Position numbers and translations under genes: made by a program. Of a DNA stretch of 64,000 nt, positions 58,518 to 64,000 are shown piece after piece. The number at the start of each line of letters is the position of its first letter. Position 1 is the first letter of the stretch. Source of the DNA: a virus; IMG/VR virus record IMGVR_UViG_3300037116_000062, positions 6,120 through 70,119 of that record. One strand, written 5' to 3'. The notes under the pieces are model-generated. The model saw only the letters and a list, made by a program, of their open reading frames with translations. It had not been told where the DNA came from and did not search any database.

Positions 58518-58906
58518 CATTCAAGTGTGGACACCCTAGAGACGAACGGAATTCGATGCCCCGTACTCGGCTAGGAACGGAAGGCATGTGTTGTCGAACG
58601 TGCAAGGCCGCAAGCAACTTGAAATGGCGTAGGGCTCACCCCGAGTGGCAAGTCGAAGAGAACCGTAAAGTAAAAAAGTTACGGGTAGAATCTTTGATGG
58701 AAACACAAAAGGGGCTATGTGCCATCTGCGAGCGAAGGATGAATTACCCCTATGAGGATCATAGACACTCTTGTTGCCCAGCAGGCGGTGGGTGCGTTAA
58801 GTGCAGGAGAGGCCTTCTGTGCCCCAGTTGCAATGGGGGACTTCATTTGATCGAAGACGAGCGGCTACACGAAGCCGCGAATGCGTATTTGAAGTTTTGG
58901 GAGTAG
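58505..58906 (+). mobile_element. Endonuclease VII-family homing endonuclease
   Basis: KCGH, QKGLCAIC, EDHRH and RGLLCPSCN; GTG start inferred. Confidence 0.82.
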
Positions 58907-58930
58907 TTCAAATTCTCGGAGGAGGATTCT

Positions 58931-59167
58931 ATGGAAGAGCGACAGATTTTAATCCCGCTGGACGGCACGTATGGAACGGGCCCCCAAGCGGAAATCACGA
59001 TTTACACAAATGACGGCGACAAGCAGATGAAGAAAGAAGTCTTCGTCTTCCCGTACGCCCTCGTCAACAGGACTGCCCTGGAGCAGTTCAACACGGCCCA
59101 CCTAATCGCGGGCTATCGCATCCTCAAGGTGGCCAAGCCTTCTCCCCTATCGGAGTTGGGATTGTGA
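58931..59167 (+). CDS. Hypothetical protein
   Basis: GGAGGAGG RBS. Confidence 0.6.
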   Translation: MEERQILIPLDGTYGTGPQAEITIYTNDGDKQMKKEVFVFPYALVNRTALEQFNTAHLIAGYRILKVAKPSPLSELGL

Positions 59168-59547
59168 CGGAAATCAGACGCTGGATTGGTGTCGACCTCG
59201 ATGGGACATTGGCCCATTTTGGGGTCGATTGGCCAAACGACTATAGGCTTATCGGAGAACCAATCCCGTTGATGGTTGAACGGGTTAAAAAATGGCTGGC
59301 GGATGGCGAGGACGTCCGTATCTTCACCGCGAGAATGGACGGATATCATCCAGTAATAGGGCATGTTCCCGCACACATCACTCGACAACTCATCGAAGAG
59401 TGGTGTCTCAAACACATTGGACAGATTCTCCCTGTGACCAACAGGAAGGACTATTTCTGCAAGGCGATTTATGATGACCATGCGCACCGAGTCGAACAGG
59501 ACACTGGGCGCATTATTTCGGAGGAGATGAATGGCCAAGCAAGTTAG
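59164..59547 (+). CDS. HAD-superfamily phosphatase (PNK-phosphatase-like)
   Basis: GVDLDGTL, IFTAR and IYDD. Confidence 0.85.
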   Translation: MTEIRRWIGVDLDGTLAHFGVDWPNDYRLIGEPIPLMVERVKKWLADGEDVRIFTARMDGYHPVIGHVPAHITRQLIEEWCLKHIGQILPVTNRKDYFCKAIYDDHAHRVEQDTGRIISEEMNGQAS

Positions 59548-59869
59548 ACCCCTACTCCCTACAGATCCCACTGCGCGGAAGAAAATCCCCCTCGCCAGCG
59601 GAGTGTTCGATTATTTCACCGCGGCACTAATCGCGGTGGCCGAAGTCTCACAGGCTGGCAACGATCAGCACAACCCAGGCGAGCCCCTCCATTGGGCCCG
59701 CGGGAAGTCCAAAGATCACGCCGATACCATGCTCCGTCACTTCACGGAACGCGGAACGGTTGACACGGATGGAAAACGCCATTCGGCCAAGATGGTATGG
59801 CGCGCTCTCGCTATCCTCCAGATGGAACTGGAAGAGGCAGGCGCACCGATCGCACGCGGAGCACGATAA
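59531..59869 (+). CDS. dATP/dGTP diphosphohydrolase domain protein (DUF5664-like)
   Basis: ALIAVAEVS..GN, W.RG, MLRH and HSAKMVWRAL. Confidence 0.75.
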   Translation: MAKQVRPLLPTDPTARKKIPLASGVFDYFTAALIAVAEVSQAGNDQHNPGEPLHWARGKSKDHADTMLRHFTERGTVDTDGKRHSAKMVWRALAILQMELEEAGAPIARGAR

Positions 59870-59964
59870 GTTTTTACGGGCGTCCAGAAGAAGCGTTCAT
59901 ATATCTTGCGCTGCCCTACCGCCGTCTCAGTCTGGAAACAGGCGGCACCTTTCTGAAAGGACAC

Positions 59965-60153
59965 ATGGACACACCCAAGACCGCGACAAATATGACGGCA
60001 GAGCAAATGAAATCGGCCCAGGCGGAACGAGACGTTCGCCCCCGCACAGGGATCCCCTTTGGCGGAGAGGTAGGAAAGACGACCGAGAGCAAGGGCAGCG
60101 GCTGGGGAGACTGCGACCTGTTCTGCATGTGGAATAAGAACTTCCCGAAATAG
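59965..60153 (+). CDS. Small hypothetical protein
   Basis: AAAGGA RBS. Confidence 0.5.
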   Translation: MDTPKTATNMTAEQMKSAQAERDVRPRTGIPFGGEVGKTTESKGSGWGDCDLFCMWNKNFPK

Positions 60154-60161
60154 GAGGAACC

Positions 60162-60869
60162 ATGACAGGCTATTTACTGTGGATTGAAGCGCACGAGAAA
60201 CTTCTGCTCACCATTATCGTAGGGTTCGCCCTGTGGGCAGGAATAGGCAAGATTGACACGCTGATCGCGAATCACGATCGGGCCAACCTGACTCAGGCGC
60301 AGGTTGTCGACAAGGCCCAGGCGGACAAGGACGCGACCACCGCTGCGCTCGCTCTGCAGCAGGCGAATCAATACTTAGTTCTCGCCCAGCAAGAAGCTGC
60401 TGACAAAGCCCTTCTCATGCAACAGAATACCGCGCTGACCGCCGCACTGACCGCGCGGCAGAAGACAGACGCCACCCTGCCACCTACCGAACTCGTTGCG
60501 CGGTGGAATACCCTCGTGCCCGCAGGGGCAACCGTGTCACCGAACGGTGTCAATGTGACAAGTAACGGAGCGGTTACAACCGTTCAGGAACTTGAAAAGG
60601 TTCCCGTGCTCACTCAAGAATTGGCCAACGAGACAAAGATCGTGGGAGACGACGCCGCGTTGCTTGTAGCTAGAGACGCTCAGGTCGTCACCCTCGACAC
60701 CCAGGTCGCTGGACTCAACACGAAGGCAACACTGGACGCGAAGGTCTACTCCGATACTATCAAGACCGTCAAAGATGACGCGGCCAAATCGAAACGGAAG
60801 TGGTTCACAGCGGGAGTCGTAGTCGGACTCTCGATCCGCGGAGCCGTGAAGATTCTGTTCGGAATCTAA
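60162..60869 (+). CDS. Putative spanin (N-terminal TM, coiled coil, C-terminal hydrophobic segment)
   Basis: TM-coiled coil-TM topology; AGGAGG RBS. Confidence 0.5.
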   Translation: MTGYLLWIEAHEKLLLTIIVGFALWAGIGKIDTLIANHDRANLTQAQVVDKAQADKDATTAALALQQANQYLVLAQQEAADKALLMQQNTALTAALTARQKTDATLPPTELVARWNTLVPAGATVSPNGVNVTSNGAVTTVQELEKVPVLTQELANETKIVGDDAALLVARDAQVVTLDTQVAGLNTKATLDAKVYSDTIKTVKDDAAKSKRKWFTAGVVVGLSIRGAVKILFGI

Positions 60870-60880
60870 AGAAAGGTTTT

Positions 60881-61921
60881 ATGCCACTAGGACTTGTTCG
60901 TTCGGGCGACTTCTGTAACGGGTCGCCTGTCACCCTCCCCCACACCTTCGGCAACCCTGTCACCACTCCTGTGGACTTCGGCAATGATGTCACCTTGCCA
61001 GTATCGTTTGGCAACGCGGTCACTTGGCTCCCCTCCCCCGCGCATTTCGGCAACCCGATTGGCCCAACGACTACGCAACTCGCAGCGCCGACGTTCTCCC
61101 CCGTGGCGGGGGGTTACGTGGGGACGCAGAGCGTCACGCTCACAGTGGACGCGAACGCGACTGCGACATATTACACGACGGATGGCTCAACCCCGACGGT
61201 CCTGAGCACGTTGTATACGGGGGCGATTTCCGTAGCATTGAGCGAAACTATCAAAGCCTTCTCGCACGGCACAGGCTCGTATACAGATTCCTCTGTCGCT
61301 TCCGCGGCATACGTCATCTCAGCGCCACCCGCGTTCGCATTAGTCACGAGTGGCTTCGCTGAGTTCAGTTCACCCGCGCCAACGCTCACGTTGGACACCT
61401 CGGGGGTTACCCTCCTCGTCGCCGTCATGGTTGGGGCAACAGGCTCCGCGCCATTGACGATAATCGACAACAAGGTCAATACGTGGCATTACACTACCAC
61501 TATCACGGGCGGGGCCTCCCAGACACGAGTGGCCTATGCCTTCGCACCTTTAGTTGGCGCAGGGCACGTCTTCACGCCAGGGGGAGCGGGCACTTTCAAC
61601 GCCGTACAGCTTTATGCATTCAACGGTGGGGCAACCACAGCCGCATGCCTCGTTGCCCAGAACGGTCAGGCCACAGTAACCAAGCAGCCGGGAAGCATCA
61701 CCCCAGTCGTCGGCGGCGCGGTGGTTACGTCCTTGGTAAACGCCAACGGGGGCAGTCCCACAGGTATCGACAGCGGGTTTACACAAGCCGTCACTCTCCC
61801 TGACTTCATCACGACGGGTATGGCGTACAAACTCACATCCGATACGACGCCCCTCAACCCAACTTGGACGTATACCGCGACTGCAAGCGCCCTCGCTATC
61901 GTCGCATTCCAAGTCGCATAA
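60881..61921 (+). CDS. Virion-like protein with a chitobiase/Fn3-associated Ig domain and N-terminal FGN repeats
   Basis: AAPTFSP.AG.Y...YYTTDGSTPT...YTGAI...TIKA. Confidence 0.7.
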   Translation: MPLGLVRSGDFCNGSPVTLPHTFGNPVTTPVDFGNDVTLPVSFGNAVTWLPSPAHFGNPIGPTTTQLAAPTFSPVAGGYVGTQSVTLTVDANATATYYTTDGSTPTVLSTLYTGAISVALSETIKAFSHGTGSYTDSSVASAAYVISAPPAFALVTSGFAEFSSPAPTLTLDTSGVTLLVAVMVGATGSAPLTIIDNKVNTWHYTTTITGGASQTRVAYAFAPLVGAGHVFTPGGAGTFNAVQLYAFNGGATTAACLVAQNGQATVTKQPGSITPVVGGAVVTSLVNANGGSPTGIDSGFTQAVTLPDFITTGMAYKLTSDTTPLNPTWTYTATASALAIVAFQVA

Positions 61922-61935
61922 TCAAAACCAGAAAG

Positions 61936-61978
61936 CAAAACGCCCCACATCTCTCACGAGGTGTGGGGCCATTTTTAT
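61936..61978. terminator. Bidirectional terminator between convergent operons
   Basis: AAAA-C-GCCCCACATCTC...GAGGTGTGGGGC-CA-TTTTT. Confidence 0.75.
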
Positions 61979-62466
61979 TCGATCTTCGCGCCTGCGAACT
62001 TATATCGGTAGGCTACCCAGCCAGCGAAATCAACAGCCTCGATAGGGCAGTAGGACGGCTCCACAGATGCGATGGTCACCTTTAAGCTACCCTTGTCGGT
62101 GACGTGGAGTTTGCCGCGCCCCGGACGATATGACCCGTCACAGCGCGCGGTGAGTTCCACGAGCCATCCGTAGGATGACCCCGCGGCGTGCGCAAGCTCT
62201 CTCACGGCAGGGAAAATGACGTCGGGCGTCATCGCCTTCAAATTCCGCCAGTCTGAGTACTCGTCGATCGGGATAATCGTCACCTTGTCGTCGTACGAGT
62301 AGAGTTCAATCGCGGTGTTCCGCGAATTGTCCTCCAGGGCATGGTACTCGATGGAGCCCTCGTACTGCCGCAAGAAGGGTGCCGCGGCCTGATTGAAAGT
62401 CTCTGTGAAAAAATCCGTGTACATCGTGAAGTCTTGCTTTTGATTTTCGCTTGCTATCCTATACAT
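61975..62466 (-). CDS. Hypothetical protein
   Basis: AGGAGG RBS. Confidence 0.65.
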   Translation of the reverse strand: MYRIASENQKQDFTMYTDFFTETFNQAAAPFLRQYEGSIEYHALEDNSRNTAIELYSYDDKVTIIPIDEYSDWRNLKAMTPDVIFPAVRELAHAAGSSYGWLVELTARCDGSYRPGRGKLHVTDKGSLKVTIASVEPSYCPIEAVDFAGWVAYRYKFAGAKIE

Positions 62467-62474
62467 GTCTCCTC

Positions 62475-62972
62475 CTAGTAGCCCAGGTCGGTGAAGACCA
62501 GTTGATCCCAGCCCTTCCGCTTCCTGCGAACGTTGCCGTCGTGGATATCGCTCATGGCAACTCGGCCCACACGGCTCACCAGTTTCCTGACGATCTTGCC
62601 GAGCAGTTCCACCGCGTCTACGGGCTTCAACTCGGGGTAGTACTGCATCACGATGATCCCGTTCTTCCTGTCGAAGTAGAACACCTTAGGCAGGTGGGGT
62701 TTCAATTCGGCCACCCGGGACAGCTTTTCGATGCGCTGCATCTCACTCAGGGAATGCGCGATCCCCTCAGCAGGCCCGTCTTTCTCATGCAACGGGAACT
62801 TGACTACCAGATCGCATCCCGAGATTCGGGCTACCTCGCGGAACACGCCTGCGCCAAGGTATTTGAGCCTGAAGCCCAGCTTGACGAAAGCTGCGGGGGA
62901 TGACGGCGCATGCTTGCGAATCAGTTTAAGTGCTTTGGCCTTTCGCATCGGAACTGTCTGCTTGCTTGTCAT
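62475..62972 (-). CDS. Minimal protein-kinase-like enzyme
   Basis: LGAGVFR Gly loop, VVK, alphaC Glu, VMQYY hinge, DIHDGN catalytic loop and terminal DLGY. Confidence 0.75.
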   Translation of the reverse strand: MTSKQTVPMRKAKALKLIRKHAPSSPAAFVKLGFRLKYLGAGVFREVARISGCDLVVKFPLHEKDGPAEGIAHSLSEMQRIEKLSRVAELKPHLPKVFYFDRKNGIIVMQYYPELKPVDAVELLGKIVRKLVSRVGRVAMSDIHDGNVRRKRKGWDQLVFTDLGY

Positions 62973-63267
62973 TCGTACCCTCCGTGAGCTTCATGTGGTA
63001 CCCGATCTGGTCGATCGTCATCTGGAGCCAACTGCCGTACCCGCTCCCTGACGGGAACTTTGCGAACAGGTCAATCCTGCGCTGAATCGAATCAGCCGCG
63101 TTCTGCAGTCTCACCTGCGTAGCTTTGTCGCTGCCGGTGAGGTAGGAAGGGTTCATGCCCTTAATCACCTCCACGCCAATCATGAAGACCTCACGGAGTT
63201 CGTTGTAATGATCCAGCCGTGTGCCCATCTCGTTCAGGTCAAGTGTTTTGAAATCAGGTTCGCTCAT
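62926..63267 (-). CDS. Hypothetical protein
   Basis: ATG 63267 overlaps the lysozyme stop; AGGAG RBS. Confidence 0.55.
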   Translation of the reverse strand: MSEPDFKTLDLNEMGTRLDHYNELREVFMIGVEVIKGMNPSYLTGSDKATQVRLQNAADSIQRRIDLFAKFPSGSGYGSWLQMTIDQIGYHMKLTEGTNDKQADSSDAKGQST

Positions 63268-63704
63268 GAGTTGAACTCCTGTGTCTCTGAGAGTCTTCGG
63301 CGCAACAGGCCCGCGACAACCACCCCGCTCGCGTGATCCCACCGAGCAAATTCCAAAGCGGCACCCGTGATGTTGCCCTGATTTAGCAGGACGAGCATAG
63401 TACTCCCCGCGAACGCGTGCGTGCCGATGTTGAAGGTCAAATCGGTCACTGCGTCGAACTCTTCCTGATTCAGTTGGAAGGTAACGTCCCGATTGACGGC
63501 GTTGACCGCGTTCTGATAGTCGACAACCAACTGCATGTCGGCCTGCACCTGCGTCCACGTCAAGCCCTCGTGAACTTCGGGGCCGACGTGTCCCCAGCCG
63601 ATAGTCATTATCCCTTTTATGTCAGGGTAGGCAGTTAACCTGCAGGACTCAAACATCTTAGTCAGAGCCTGCCCTGCTATAGAATACTGTAGACGGTTGA
63701 TCAT
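63264..63704 (-). CDS. GH24 lysozyme (endolysin)
   Basis: FE..RLTAYPD...TIGWGH, FDA...FNIG and GLLRRRLSE. Confidence 0.93.
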   Translation of the reverse strand: MINRLQYSIAGQALTKMFESCRLTAYPDIKGIMTIGWGHVGPEVHEGLTWTQVQADMQLVVDYQNAVNAVNRDVTFQLNQEEFDAVTDLTFNIGTHAFAGSTMLVLLNQGNITGAALEFARWDHASGVVVAGLLRRRLSETQEFNS

Positions 63705-63925
63705 ATGACCCCCTCGTTCGTGAACCCAATCCCCCAGCCGTTGAACGTCACGATGAATGTCCTCTCCCATCCGTTTCGAGGATCTCGTTCATTACTGTAG
63801 AGTTTTACGCCAACATCTTCCACCTTCGCATCGAGATGCCTAGCGAGTGCCTTTTTCGTAGCGGGGAGGTACACGCCTGCGTTTCTCGACTCGTCATAGC
63901 TACCCCTTTGTGGTCGGTATATCAT
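63701..63925 (-). CDS. Hypothetical protein
   Basis: GAGGAGG RBS; ATGA overlap with the lysozyme. Confidence 0.6.
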   Translation of the reverse strand: MIYRPQRGSYDESRNAGVYLPATKKALARHLDAKVEDVGVKLYSNERDPRNGWERTFIVTFNGWGIGFTNEGVI

Positions 63926-64000
63926 GTTCCTCCTCAATCGTCACCCAGTGCTGAGTCACTTCAGGGTGGGGTATGCGGTCGACGAACTTCTCCGCCGCCC

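Noticed and set aside
11248-58906. Group I introns or inteins hosting the endonucleases
   Set aside because: The flanking genes are complete ORFs with no room for intron cores. I saw no intein termini in polA, terL or the primase.
59531-59869. Z-genome (2-aminoadenine) pathway
   Set aside because: There is no purZ or datZ in the window, and DUF5664 alone is insufficient.
1-64000. Stop-codon reassignment, integrase/prophage boundaries or canonical tRNAs
   Set aside because: Genes are full length in the standard code and use all three stops. No integrase, host genes or canonical tRNA was recognised in this window.

Overview
This window is about 64 kb of a tailed dsDNA phage genome with podovirus-like organisation and no host chromosomal genes. 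Left arm (- strand): a small non-coding RNA cluster including a circularly permuted two-piece tmRNA, a family-A DNA polymerase, an iteron-rich putative origin, a Prim-Pol primase/helicase and an SSB-like gene. From divergent sigma70 promoters at ~5.55 kb, a ~56 kb + strand block follows. It carries an 11-gene glycosylation island (8 glycosyltransferases, 3 nucleotide-sugar enzymes), an ice-binding (DUF3494) domain inserted in an Ig-like decoration protein and a dual-specificity phosphatase. It continues with terminase, portal, scaffold, N4-gp56-type capsid, tail, ejection, lysis and nucleotide-metabolism genes. The right end (- strand) has a minimal protein kinase and a GH24 lysozyme. Nine free-standing homing endonuclease genes (HEGs) are interspersed. 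Two share an apparently undescribed hairpin + RBS-sequestering pseudoknot leader, and one took over the first 12 codons of the tail gene, which carries a synonymously recoded copy. All family assignments come from motif recognition by eye. No database searches or folding programs were run.
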